Virus record (IMG/VR): IMGVR_UViG_3300028886_000051
From: a virus
Lineage: Duplodnaviria; Caudoviricetes
Length of the DNA stretch: 64,000 nucleotides
Direction: 5' to 3' (one strand)
Shown: piece by piece, positions 32,900 through 44,415 of the stretch
How the letters are laid out: each line of letters starts with the position of its first letter
Position numbering within the stretch: position 1 is the first letter of the stretch
The notes under the pieces: model-generated
Database searches by the model: none
What the model was told of the DNA's origin: nothing
What the model saw: only the letters and a program-made list of their open reading frames with translations
Program-made: the position numbers and the translations under genes

Positions 32900-33518
32900 A
32901 ATTTTACTTATACCAGGAAGTTTTAATCCGATTACAAACGCTCATGTTGATATGGCATTGACTGCTAAAAAAGCGGTTAATGCCGATGCTATATTGTTTA
33001 TTCCTGCACATGATACATATGTTGCGAAGAAAAAGACTTTGATACCTGGATATTGTCGAGTATCATTGATTAATTCAATGCCAAATTGTGATGAAAATAA
33101 TATGTGGGCATCCGAAGTTGAGACAACCAGTTTCTTTCCACAGAGGACATATAACACCATTGCTCAGATAAGAGATATGAATGAAAAGGATTATATCTTT
33201 AATGAATATTATATCTGTTTAGGAATGGATAATATTGAAACACTCACAACTTGGTATAACTGGAAACCGTTTGTCGAAGAATACAATTTTGTAGCATGTG
33301 TGAGAGAAGGTCAGAATCTTGAGGCTACTTTGAGAGAAGCAAATCTTATGGAATATAAAGATCATTTCACAGAAATTCAGATACCAGAAAATCATACTTC
33401 TTCAAGTTTGGTTAGAGATTTATGTGAAAAGGGTGAATTTGAAAAAGTAAAAGAGTTAGTCCCTAAAAATGTATATGAGTATTTGATTCGGTTTTATGAT
33501 GTGATGAATCGAATGTAG
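32892..33518 (+). CDS. nadD: Nicotinate-nucleotide adenylyltransferase
   Basis: GSFNPITNAH (T/HxxH), LGMDN...W and TSSSLVR. Confidence 0.88.
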   Translation: MNKILLIPGSFNPITNAHVDMALTAKKAVNADAILFIPAHDTYVAKKKTLIPGYCRVSLINSMPNCDENNMWASEVETTSFFPQRTYNTIAQIRDMNEKDYIFNEYYICLGMDNIETLTTWYNWKPFVEEYNFVACVREGQNLEATLREANLMEYKDHFTEIQIPENHTSSSLVRDLCEKGEFEKVKELVPKNVYEYLIRFYDVMNRM

Positions 33519-33534
33519 AAAGGAGAATATATAA

Positions 33535-34272
33535 ATGTTTGATGCTAAGAAAGTAAAAAATGAAATCGTAGAATGGATCAGAGATTGGTTTGAACAGAAT
33601 GGTAAAGATTGTATGGCAGTAGTGGGAATTTCTGGTGGTAAAGATTCAAGTGTTGTAGCTGCATTATGTGTAGAAGCTCTTGGTAAGGATAGAGTTTTTG
33701 GTGTGATGATGCCACAGGGAAGACAAAGAGATATTGAATATAGTCGTAAACTTTGCAGTTTTTTAGACATCCCACGCACTATTATTCCAGTCGGAACAAT
33801 TGTTGATGTTGCTGAATATGAAATTAAAACATCATTAGATGAAGAGTTATCAATTCAGACAAAAACAAATCTTCCTGCTCGTATTCGTATGGCTACTCTT
33901 TATGCTGTATCACAGACAGTAAATGGCAGAGTAGCAAATACGTGCAATCTTTCAGAGGATTTTGTCGGGTATGCGACCAAATTTGGTGACGCTGCTGGTG
34001 ATTTCAGTCCGTTATCTCGGCTTACAGTAACAGAGGTTAAGGCTATTGGTCGTGAGTTAGGTCTTCCATCTGAATTAGTTGATAAGACACCTACTGATGG
34101 TCTTTGTGGAAAGACAGATGAAGACAACCTTGGATTTACTTATGCTGAATTAGATGCATATATCAGAGATGGAATTGAACCAAGTGAGGAAGTAAAAGCA
34201 AAGATTGATTCAATGCATGAGAAAAATCTGTTTAAATTACAGCCAATGCCAAGTTTTGTGTATGAAGCGTAA
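33535..34272 (+). CDS. nadE: NH3-dependent NAD+ synthetase
   Basis: VGISGGKDS, NLPARIRM, GYATKFGD and PTDGL...TDED. Confidence 0.95.
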   Translation: MFDAKKVKNEIVEWIRDWFEQNGKDCMAVVGISGGKDSSVVAALCVEALGKDRVFGVMMPQGRQRDIEYSRKLCSFLDIPRTIIPVGTIVDVAEYEIKTSLDEELSIQTKTNLPARIRMATLYAVSQTVNGRVANTCNLSEDFVGYATKFGDAAGDFSPLSRLTVTEVKAIGRELGLPSELVDKTPTDGLCGKTDEDNLGFTYAELDAYIRDGIEPSEEVKAKIDSMHEKNLFKLQPMPSFVYEA

Positions 34273-34280
34273 ATGACATA

Positions 34281-34321
34281 CTATATATAGTGTTTATAGA
34301 AAATATAGACACTATATATAG
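34281..34321. promoter_or_regulatory. Tandem NrdR boxes downstream of nadE
   Basis: CTATATATAG at 34281 and 34312, 31-bp period. Confidence 0.7.
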
Positions 34322-35189
34322 TAATATTTTTACCAAGAAACATAGATTTCTTCTGCTCTAGCAGAGAATATATAAATGAGGTAAAACGAACTGAAAACCT
34401 GAGATGGTGAAAAGGTAAAGATGAAGGCTGAAATTAACAAATCAGTCAACCGATGAGCGTATAGGCTGAAACTCATTTGAGAATATAATGCCTTGGAACA
34501 AACCTCGATCCTAACATGTAATGATGAGGAATAAGGATGCTCTCATAGAGTACAGAAATGAATGTACTTTTAATATGAAAAGAGGTGAAGTTTTTGAAAA
34601 TCGTACAAAATAAATCACATTATGATTTTAGAATAAAAATCGGAAATAACTATATAACTGTTGCAATGCTTCATCCGTGGCTATTTAGTAAACATAATCA
34701 TAAATACAATCTGTATTTTTATTATTATGGAGCTGAGTATGAGGAAGGAACATATGCCTGTTGTCATAGAAATGGGAACGAAAAAATGGTTGTATACGAA
34801 CAAGAAGATGAACTTCATAAAGAATTCCTTAAAAGAGTAACAAGGATAGTTTCAAAGAAGTTATATGTTATAGGAAGCTCAATACTAGAAGAAATAAAAT
34901 ATATTGAGGATTAGGAGAATAATATGGCAGGATTTGTATCAAAACAACCAAATGGATTATATTGTAGATTTTCGACAGTCACGGATTGCCCTACGGCATG
35001 GAATATGACAAGAGAAGATTATATCAATATGAAAATGCAGGAAGCAAAAGAAGATGCTGAAGATGTATTGGATAATTATCTGAAGCCGTTTGATATGATG
35101 GTGGATATGTATTATCCAAACAATATGACAAAAGAGGAATTTGATAAATTCCTTGAAGAGACCGGATATAGTAAAGGAGAGTAAACCAT

Positions 35190-35450
35190 ATGAAGAAGAA
35201 AATTTTAGCAGTTGCATTAGGATTAACATTATGTTTTGGAATGACTAGATGTACCAATGTTGTCAATATTGATAAGACAATTAAGAGTCCGAATTCAAAA
35301 TTATGTGATTTCGAGGTTATTGAAACAAATTTTTATGGAGCAATTTTAGTAGACAAAAACACCAATGTTTTATATTACTGGATTCAGGGTGATAGTATGA
35401 CACCAATCTATAATTCAGATGGAACAGTTAAATTATACGATGGAGAATAA
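35190..35450 (+). CDS. Putative exported protein or lipoprotein
   Basis: MKKKILAVALGLTLCFGMTRC signal-like N-terminus. Confidence 0.55.
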   Translation: MKKKILAVALGLTLCFGMTRCTNVVNIDKTIKSPNSKLCDFEVIETNFYGAILVDKNTNVLYYWIQGDSMTPIYNSDGTVKLYDGE

Positions 35451-35926
35451 TATGATAGATAATAAATTACGCAATCAATATAGACAAGCTGTTGGTGATT
35501 TAAAAACAGTATTTAAAGAAACTTATTTGTACAGATTTTGCGAAGAAGTTGTGAAGAGATTAAGTAAGATTTTGAGATAGTAAGGAGATTAATATATGAT
35601 ATATAAACATAGCAAAATAACAATGCCACGAATGAATTTATTTCAGAGTAATGCATTTAGATTGAAAAATGGAGCAATTTACGAATCTATTGAATTAGCA
35701 TATGTTTCAGAAGATGGTCTTGTAGAAAAAGAAATTACTAACTATGAGTATGATACGGATTCAAGAATCTTATATCTTCCAGATTATGAGAAAGAAAATG
35801 TATCTGTTAATCGAAGAGTTCTTATTAAATACGAAGTAGAAGTAGATTGTGTAAGACATTCAGATAGTTTTACAGATGGTAATTTTGTATCATTTAAGAT
35901 TTGAATAATGTGATGGAGTTGATTAT

Positions 35927-36163
35927 ATGACAGAAGAATATTTTAATAGCCATGTTAAAAGATGTAAAAAGTGTGGTAACATTCCACAACTGGTTTCTGA
36001 AACAACTTTATTTGCAAAATCTAATGAACCAAAATACAAAATTATTTGTTGGAATTGCAAATGGGAAGATGGAGAATATAAAGATAATAGTAGAACAGGT
36101 TTGTGTAAAACACCTGAGTCTGCATTAAGAATTTGGAATAATAAGTTTGGAAGAGAGGATTAA
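35927..36163 (+). CDS. Lar-like zinc-ribbon protein
   Basis: KRCKKCG...CWNC...ALRIWN. Confidence 0.5.
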   Translation: MTEEYFNSHVKRCKKCGNIPQLVSETTLFAKSNEPKYKIICWNCKWEDGEYKDNSRTGLCKTPESALRIWNNKFGRED

Positions 36164-36165
36164 AT

Positions 36166-36441
36166 ATGAGTATTGATTTAGAGTTATATAGAAAAACTGT
36201 TAATTCAAGCGATAGAGTTTTTACAGGCAAGAAAGACATAAATGGAAGACCAATTAAAGTTGGTGATGTAATTGTCCCTGTTGGTGGCAAAGAACAGTAT
36301 TGTGTTAATTATTCAGAGGCAAAGAAGTGCTATTATGGATTGGGATTTGGAAATAAAATTCTTCCATTTAAGAAATTTTCAAAATGTGAAAATGTTGGTG
36401 TGGCAATTCGTAATGAAGATGCAAATAAAATTTTTAAATAA
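36166..36441 (+). CDS. YopX-like protein
   Basis: FTGKKDINGRPIKVGDVI. Confidence 0.55.
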   Translation: MSIDLELYRKTVNSSDRVFTGKKDINGRPIKVGDVIVPVGGKEQYCVNYSEAKKCYYGLGFGNKILPFKKFSKCENVGVAIRNEDANKIFK

Positions 36442-37058
36442 AAGGTAATCCTAAAAGTCATTGACAATAGGATAGAGGCTGTGATTCTTAGCCATCTGGC
36501 TTAAAAATAAGGCAGTAAACGGTTTGGTAAAAGACGAAGAATCCGAAGTTTCCTTTGGACGATAAGAAAGAGAGGTAAAATATGTATATTTGTTTAACAG
36601 TATTAATTGGATTATTAGGACTTTGCGTGGGAGCAATTATTGGACTTGGAATTGATTCTAAGATCAATCGTGATTACATACTTGGAATGAACAATATTAC
36701 TAAAGAATATTTAGAAAAAGTAATTGATTTAGAAAAAGGATATTTCAATACAATTGCGACAGATTTAGCAAAAGCAGTAGATGACATTAACAAAGTATAT
36801 GAAAAGCCAATTTGGAGAAAGACAGAAGAAGAATTACCACCATGTTCAGGATTATATTATGGCAAGATTAAAGGTAATCCACATGGAGAGAATGCTATGT
36901 GGAAAGTAGTATATAACGACAATGAATGGAGCTTATCTGGCTATCCTGATAATAAAGTAGAAATTAGTGAGTGGACAGAGATCTATTAAGAGAATATTAA
37001 TACGAAAGGAGCGAGAGATTTGCTGCAGCATTAAATCTGGATTTGCTCTGAGTAAGAA

Positions 37059-37820
37059 ATGTTAGAGATTAACAAAATATACAATGAAGATTGCCTCGAA
37101 GGTATGAAAAAGATTGATGATAAGTCAATAGATTTTATCTTCACAGATCTTCCGTTTTCAACAACCCAGAATTCATGGGATGTGTTAATTCCATTCGAGC
37201 CATTATGGAAACAATACGAGAGAATCATCAAAGATAATGGTTGTATTGCATTATGGGCGCAGTCGCCATTTGATAAGAGACTTGCTTGTAGTAATGAAAA
37301 ACTATATCGCTATGAATGGATTATCGAAAAGACCAAAGCAACTGGTCATCTAAATGCTAAGAAAATGCCTATGAAGGCACACGAAAATGTCTTGATTTTC
37401 TATAAGAAACTCCCTACATACAATCCGCAAATGACAGAAGGACATACACCTGTTCATTCTTATACAAAGCATACAACAGATGGTAGCTGTTATGGTGCTA
37501 CAAAGACTGGTATTTCAGGTGGTGGCAGTACACAAAGATATCCAAGAGACGTTCTACAGTTCAAGTGGGACACTCAGAAAAGTAGCTTGCATCAGTGCCA
37601 AAAGCCTGTTGAAGCGTGTGAGTATTTTATTAAAACCTATACCAATCCAGGAGATTTAGTTCTTGATTCATGTGCAGGAAGTTGTACAACTGCAGTTGCA
37701 GCTTTGAACACAGGTAGAAAATACATATGTTTTGAGAAAGACAAGGATATTTTTGAGGTTGGAAGTAAGAGAGTGGCTGAGTATATTAGTCAAGATTTAT
37801 TAATGAGTGCAACTAAATAA
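37059..37820 (+). CDS. DNA N6-adenine/N4-cytosine methyltransferase, beta class
   Basis: EDCLEGMK, TDLPF (motif IV variant), HQCQKP and VLDSCAGS (motif I). Confidence 0.9.
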   Translation: MLEINKIYNEDCLEGMKKIDDKSIDFIFTDLPFSTTQNSWDVLIPFEPLWKQYERIIKDNGCIALWAQSPFDKRLACSNEKLYRYEWIIEKTKATGHLNAKKMPMKAHENVLIFYKKLPTYNPQMTEGHTPVHSYTKHTTDGSCYGATKTGISGGGSTQRYPRDVLQFKWDTQKSSLHQCQKPVEACEYFIKTYTNPGDLVLDSCAGSCTTAVAALNTGRKYICFEKDKDIFEVGSKRVAEYISQDLLMSATK

Positions 37821-37890
37821 GAGAATAAGAATAATGAAAGGAGACGAGGTTCGTGTACACAAGAAGGAATTCCTTACTCCAAGTAATTAA

Positions 37891-38622
37891 ATGGTATATC
37901 AAGGAAGTAAAAACAGATTGGCAAAATTTTTAGTGCCAATTATTCAGAAGTATATTGATGATAATAATATCAAAACTTACATAGAGCCTATGGTTGGTGG
38001 AGCTAATCTTATTGATAAGATTAAATGTGACAAAAGAATTGGAGCAGATATTAATGAGGAATTGATTGCTTTGTTAAAATATGCTCAGACAGACAATAAT
38101 TTATCTATTGCGCCTGAAGTATGTACATTTGAACATTACGCAGATGTTAGAGAAGATAGAAAACATGGAACTCATAAGTACTCACCAGAATATATTGCAT
38201 TGATTGGATATATGGCAAGCTATGGTGGTAGATACTTTGATGGCGGTTATGGTAGAAATTCTGATGACAGTTCTGTATACAAGTCAAGATTTGATAATTT
38301 CAAAGAGCAAGTTCCAAACTTGAATGATATAGAATTTACATGTTGCGATTACAACGATTTCGCAGACTATAAAAATTGTCTTTTCTATTTTGATCCACCT
38401 TATAAGGGAACAAAACAGTATTCTAAACAGTCTATTGATTATGATTCTTTTTACGATTTTCTTCGTAAACTTTCAGAGAATAATATAGTGTTGGTAAGTG
38501 AATATAATATGCCTGATGATTTTACTTGTATTTGGCAGAAAGAGCGTAAGGTGTTGCAGAAGTCAGATAGGGTTACAGGTGAAAAAGCAGTAGAAAAGTT
38601 GTTTATAGTTGATAAAAACTAA
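37891..38622 (+). CDS. Dam/D12-class DNA adenine methyltransferase
   Basis: YQGSK, YIEPMVGG and YFDPPY. Confidence 0.88.
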   Translation: MVYQGSKNRLAKFLVPIIQKYIDDNNIKTYIEPMVGGANLIDKIKCDKRIGADINEELIALLKYAQTDNNLSIAPEVCTFEHYADVREDRKHGTHKYSPEYIALIGYMASYGGRYFDGGYGRNSDDSSVYKSRFDNFKEQVPNLNDIEFTCCDYNDFADYKNCLFYFDPPYKGTKQYSKQSIDYDSFYDFLRKLSENNIVLVSEYNMPDDFTCIWQKERKVLQKSDRVTGEKAVEKLFIVDKN

Positions 38623-38767
38623 AAGGAAATTTTGGTTTCTTGGCTTATCACGAAAACTATACAATATTTATGGACAAACAAGAGAATATAACAATGTAAT
38701 TACAATTAAAGAAAGGAAAAACGTTCACATGTGAGTAAAGCTGCGCAGCTACTATCGGTGAACAAAT

Positions 38768-39640
38768 TTGAAAAATACATATATTAAATCGCCTCTAAAT
38801 TATGTCGGAGGCAAGTATAAACTGTTACCACAGATTATACCCCTTATACCAAAAGATATTAATACATTTGTAGATTTATTTGGTGGTGGATTTAATGTTG
38901 GGATTAACATTGAAGCAAAGCATTTGGTTTACAATGATATTTGTAAACAGGTGGTAGATTTATTGGAACATTTCTACAATAATGATTCTGAGTATATTCA
39001 TAATATGATTTTAAAAACCATATCTGATTTTGGATTAAGCAGGTCTGATCTTAATGGTTATGAAGCATATGGATGTGAGTCAAGTAAAGGTCTTGGCGAA
39101 TATAATAAACCTAAATACTTTAAATTAAGAAAAGAATACAACTCTAATCCTGATTGGATTAAATTCTATACACTTATAACGTGTTCGTTTAGTAATCAGA
39201 TACGATTCAATTCTAAAGGTGAATTTAATATGCCTTATGGAAAACGTGATTATAATATTTCCCTACAAGAAAAATTAAAGACTTTTGTTGATGAAATGCA
39301 TAAAAAAGACATTCAATTTTGGAATAAAGATTTTAGAGAATGTAATTTTTTTGCAGACGATTTTATATATGTTGATCCACCATATTACAACTCGGTTGCT
39401 ACTTATAATGAAAATGGCGGTTGGTCAGAACAGGACGAGAGAGATTTGTTAAGTGTGTTAGATGTTGTGGACAAGCATGGCAGATTTGCACTAAGCAACA
39501 ATCTTAAATATGATAATCCGTTATTAGATGAATGGAAGAATAAATATAACGTTCATTATCTAAATGGTGATTATAGCAACTGTAATTATCAGAAAAAGGA
39601 CAAGAGTGCCGATTGTGAGGTATTAATCACAAATTATTAA
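38768..39640 (+). CDS. Dam/D12-class DNA adenine methyltransferase
   Basis: NYVGGK, DLFGGG, RFNSKGEFNMPYG, YVDPPY and EVLITNY. Confidence 0.9.
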   Translation: MKNTYIKSPLNYVGGKYKLLPQIIPLIPKDINTFVDLFGGGFNVGINIEAKHLVYNDICKQVVDLLEHFYNNDSEYIHNMILKTISDFGLSRSDLNGYEAYGCESSKGLGEYNKPKYFKLRKEYNSNPDWIKFYTLITCSFSNQIRFNSKGEFNMPYGKRDYNISLQEKLKTFVDEMHKKDIQFWNKDFRECNFFADDFIYVDPPYYNSVATYNENGGWSEQDERDLLSVLDVVDKHGRFALSNNLKYDNPLLDEWKNKYNVHYLNGDYSNCNYQKKDKSADCEVLITNY

Positions 39641-41083
39641 AATCTCAACCTCTGAAACGCCTTAAAATCAAGGCTTTCAGAGGTTGAAAAAGCAAAGGAA
39701 AACCACGTTTCCTTCGAGGAGGTGATTGATTGGATACATCGTGTGAAACTTGTAAATGTAACACCTGTAAGATGAATGAAAATGGTGGCATTTATGGTGG
39801 ATGTTTTGATTGTGAAGATTGCAAAGAACAAGATTTACACTGTGAAGATTGTTCAATGTATGAATATGACAAAGATAGAATGAGTAATTAGGAGAAATTT
39901 ATGGGTAAATCATTAGAATTTGTAAAAGAACGAATTACATCAGGTCAGTGCAATGGCATGGAGAATAATAAATATGAATCCATGATTGAACAAGATATAC
40001 GAGAGTTATTTACGGTTGTTAATTACACCAAAAATGGAACAATTTTAGCAGATGTACCTTATCTTAAAGGCGACAAACCTTATTTTAATGTGATTATTAA
40101 GCATGATCCAGATGCAGATTTTGAATATTTCACAATGCAGCGTTGCAATTGTGATGGAACGTTTGTATTCTTTCAAGATTTAATGGGTGAGTGCATAGAT
40201 AAAATGATTCATCTTAAAACCTGTAATGTAAATAAGGAGATTCCAAAAGATTTAACTGGATATTCTATTATTTATACGGTTGGAGATTTTGTATTAGCGG
40301 AAGAGTTTGGAGATGAATTTGCAACCAAAGAAAAGCCTTGGATGCAGAGTAGATTCACCGCTATGTTGCCAATTAAGTTTGATATAGTGAAGAATGGAGA
40401 ATAACAATATGAGAGCATATGAATTACGACAACATGACGTAATTTCCTATTATCCTCCACAACCACACAAACAGGAATATAAACTTGGAGAATACATTTC
40501 TATTGATGAACTAGCTGAAGCAATGTTTGGTTCACCTGCTTTAAGATTAGATAGAGATAAAAATGAGGACAAGATACTTCAAGTTATAGAAATAAAATAT
40601 GTGAAATTTCCTTGGTGGAAGTTTTGGAAGAGAAGAAAATATGTTGAAGAATATCATTTAGAAGTTATGTAGGTAGGTGAGAATATGTTTCAAAAATCAG
40701 AAAAACAGAAAATATGTGATTGGGTTGCTGATGTAGTGCAACATAATATTCAAATTCTCAATAAATTATCAGAAAAGAAAACACCACAAGACATTGAGGT
40801 TATTGAGAGTAATGGTAAGAAGTATATTGCATTGGATGATGTACATAAATTACTCGATGATAGATTTGAGGAACATAGATTATTAGGAGAATAACAATAT
40901 GAAAAGATACAAATTAACCAGAAGTCCTAACCCAGAAACTCATGCATCTGGCGAAGTAATATTTATAAAAGATGAAAATGGTAATGAGCTTAATGTCGGA
41001 TTTAGCGATCAATGTGATGCATTTGATAAGAGTGTCACCGCACACTCGTGACTTCAGTCATGAGTTAGGTGACACAATATAAA

Positions 41084-41290
41084 TCATTCAATAAACTCAA
41101 TTATATCTTCAATTTTACAATGAAAATATTTACATATGCTGTCTAATGTAGACATTGAAATATATTCATTTTTGGATATTTTTGCAAGAGTATTCATACT
41201 CATTCCAGTTGCCTCACGAAGTTGAGTTTTTGTCATATCTTTTTCAACTAATAATCTTAATAATGGTTTATATGAAAACATAATATACAC
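41084..41290 (-). CDS. Cro/C1-type HTH regulator
   Basis: SYKPLLRLLVEKDMTKTQLREATG...LDSICKYFHCKIEDIIE. Confidence 0.85.
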   Translation of the reverse strand: MYIMFSYKPLLRLLVEKDMTKTQLREATGMSMNTLAKISKNEYISMSTLDSICKYFHCKIEDIIEFIE

Positions 41291-41436
41291 CTCCTTTATT
41301 TAGATTATAACATAAAAGATATTGTAGTCAATATATAATATATAGAAAACTATATAAAATATGTTGACAAAATATATAGATAATGGTATATTATATATAG
41401 AAACACATATATTTAATTTAGAAAGGAGGATATTTT

Positions 41437-42774
41437 ATGAATATATTTTCATCTTATAAAGTCAAAATCAAACATTATAATCATATATTTGAACAAACAG
41501 TTGAGATATACAGAAATGCAGTATCCTTCTTTATAAATGTTTGTGATAAAGAATGGGATGTATTAGAATCATTAAAGAATCTTGAAAGATGTAGAAAGCT
41601 TGAAGAATTAACTTTACAGACAAAGAAAAATCAAAATCCTAAATATGATTTTAATGAAAAATTCTATAAGATGCCATCATATCTAAGACGTTCTGCAATA
41701 AATACTGCTACTGGATGTTATTCATCCTATTATTCCAATTTAAAGAATTGGGAAGAAAAATCTATTGGTAGTAAACCAAGATTGCAGTTAGACAGAAATG
41801 TTATGCCCACTTTATATAAAGATAATATGTATATTCGTACAGATGATAATACTGCAAAAATTAAAATCTTTCATAGAAATGATTGGGTTTGGCTAGATGT
41901 AGCATTAAATAATCAGGATGTAAAGTACATTCAAAATCATTGTAAATTCAAAAAGGAATATGTACCTACATTAAAGAAACAAGGTAAGTGTTGGTATTTA
42001 GTATTTCCTTTTGAAGATAAAGTTGAATTTCAAAAAGTAGATATTCAAGACCAAATAATATGTGCAGTAGATTTAGGTCTTAACAATAATGCTACTTGCT
42101 CTATAATGCAGTCTGATGGAACTGTCGTTGGAAGAAAATTTGTGAATCTTGCAACAGAAAAAGACCATTTATATAAAGCATTAAATAGAGTTAAGAAAAC
42201 ACAACAAAATGGCGCAAGAAGATGTCCTACTCTTTGGAAACATGTAAATGATTTGAATACTGATATTAGCAGAAAGACAGCAAAAGAGATTATAGATTTC
42301 GCAGTTTTATATAATGCTGATGTAATCGTATTTGAACATTTGGATACACAAGGAAAGAAAAATGGTAAAGAAAAACAGAAACTTGCGCTTTGGAGAAAAC
42401 AAGAAATACGAAAACTTGTAGAACATAAAGCACATATATTAGGAATTAGGATTAGTCATATATGTGCATGGAATACAAGCAGGCTGGCGTTTGACGGTTC
42501 TGGAAGAGTAGAAAGAGGTACTTATATTCAAAATGGAGTTGAAAAATACAATTACTCTATTTGCACTTTTCCAAATGGTAAACAATATCATTGTGACTTA
42601 AATGCCAGTTATAATATCGGAGCAAGATATTTTATACGAGAATTTTTAAAATCCGACTCAGTGATGAGAAGGTTGCCTAGTCAGACAAAAGATTCTGATT
42701 ATGGTACGGGAACAACACGCACCTTGTCTACGTTAATTAGGCTTAATGCGGATTTATGTGGCAATGCTGTATAA
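41437..42774 (+). CDS. tnpB: RNA-guided endonuclease TnpB
   Basis: RuvC triad: AVDLG (D), VFEHL (E), HCDLNASYNI (D). Confidence 0.92.
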   Translation: MNIFSSYKVKIKHYNHIFEQTVEIYRNAVSFFINVCDKEWDVLESLKNLERCRKLEELTLQTKKNQNPKYDFNEKFYKMPSYLRRSAINTATGCYSSYYSNLKNWEEKSIGSKPRLQLDRNVMPTLYKDNMYIRTDDNTAKIKIFHRNDWVWLDVALNNQDVKYIQNHCKFKKEYVPTLKKQGKCWYLVFPFEDKVEFQKVDIQDQIICAVDLGLNNNATCSIMQSDGTVVGRKFVNLATEKDHLYKALNRVKKTQQNGARRCPTLWKHVNDLNTDISRKTAKEIIDFAVLYNADVIVFEHLDTQGKKNGKEKQKLALWRKQEIRKLVEHKAHILGIRISHICAWNTSRLAFDGSGRVERGTYIQNGVEKYNYSICTFPNGKQYHCDLNASYNIGARYFIREFLKSDSVMRRLPSQTKDSDYGTGTTRTLSTLIRLNADLCGNAV

Positions 42775-44415
42775 TATCTGAGTTAAGAACTGTATGGTAG
42801 ATAAGTAATCCGATTTCTAAAGAATTGGAAGCACGCCACTTTAGTGGTGTGAGTGTTCACTGATGCCGAAACCATGTGTGAGTTTATGAGAGTTTATTCA
42901 AATAATGATGTTTTTGGCGAATCGAAGTTAGCTTTTGTACCTGCTAATATTAAACAGTTATCACATAAAAAATATGCACAGATGTATATTGACAAGTTAC
43001 AGAGTATTGTAGATCAGATGGAGGAATAAAACTATGGGTAAAGTTGTAGATATGAGTAATTTTGATCCGTTATTTGATAATTTGGAAAAGTACGTGAATA
43101 AACAAGGGTGTACTCTTGGTAAAGATGCTGAGAGGTTACAAGAATTATTACATTCAATTCAGTATTGTTATATACATGGAGTATTAACAGAGAGTCAAAA
43201 TGAATCAGCTTGTAAAAAATTTAGAAAACAGTTTCAGAAAGCTTTATATGAGAAGTAAGAATGAAGCATTTCCTTAGGAAAGGAGAACAATAAATGGAGA
43301 CATTTTCAATAGTAGAAAATATAAATGTGGATAAGTTGAATACGAAAATTGCAGAATTTGTATACAGAGAAGGGCATGATCCTTATATATTTGCAAATAA
43401 AGAGACACTTGATGCATTAATTAAGCCAATTGAACAAGCTGAAATGTTTGCAAATTCTTGGGGAATTGGACTTGTAAGTTCATATAAGGGTTGTCTTACT
43501 GGTATGTATCGTGGGAATAAAATGTTCAGAGATGATACATTAAAATTCGGAGAGATTGAGTTGAGATAAGAGAATAAATACATATAAAGAGGTGATTATT
43601 ATAAAAGTTATTAAGAATAATTTTAACAAAATCAATTTGAATAAAAACATTGAAGAAAAATCTAAAAAAATACATATCTTCTGTGAACATTGTGATTCAG
43701 AATTAGAAGTATCTAAAGAAGATACTCACATTGGATGGCTTGGTGCAGCATTTGTTAAGTGTCCTTGTTGTGGACAAGAATCAATGGTTGATGAATTAGA
43801 AGGAATTACATTAACAAAAGACAATATTGATTATCCTATACATTTCAACAGAACTAATAAGGATTTAAGAAATGTTGTTGAAGTGCAGAAAGATAAAGTT
43901 ATTGAAGAAATTCAGAGAGGTATTGATTATTTTAGAGCACATAAAGATGAATTCTATTGGTACACATGTCATGGAGACTTGTTTTTGATTATATTCAGAT
44001 ATGAAGGCGATGAAGAATACTCTATATTGGTCACAAGAGATTTTTATGAGACAGATATTCCTTTTGAAAAGGAGGATTATAATGACTGATTTTGAAACAT
44101 GGCTACATGATTTTGGATATGAGCATATTTTTCGCATGTTAGAAATTCGTAGACCAGGACAATATACTCCTTATGAGATGGATAAGAAATTTTCGGATCA
44201 GTCGCTATATTTAGATAATCACTTTAGACATATTCAGATTAAAGAAGCTATTGAGCTTCCTGATAAAGATATTCTGATTGGATTCAGAGAAATATATGAT
44301 AGTGAAGATCTTGAAAAGGAATGGGAAGAATCGGTTATCTATTATAAGAAGTTGAGTGAGATTGAACTTACATATTTTCCAGATGACGATAAAATTGAGA
44401 ATTGGGAGTGAGAAG

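Larger units (their letters stand above)
41030..42860 (+). mobile_element. Non-autonomous IS200/IS605-family element (tnpB plus HTH gene, no tnpA)
   Basis: Left-end hairpin GTGTCACC...ACTCGTGAC-TTCA-GTCATGAGT...GGTGACAC; right-end hairpin CACGCCAC-TTTA-GTGGTGTG ending TTCAC; removal restores the host ORF. Confidence 0.85.
40899..43029 (+). pseudogene. 99-aa hypothetical gene split by the TnpB element
   Basis: Joining 40899-41029 to 42861-43029 gives an open frame MKRYKL...AFDNDAETMCE...QMEE*. Confidence 0.7.

Noticed and set aside
41023-41027. TTGAT as an ISDra2-type target motif for the TnpB element
   Set aside because: Joining at 41027 creates an immediate TGA stop; a junction at 41029 restores the interrupted ORF.
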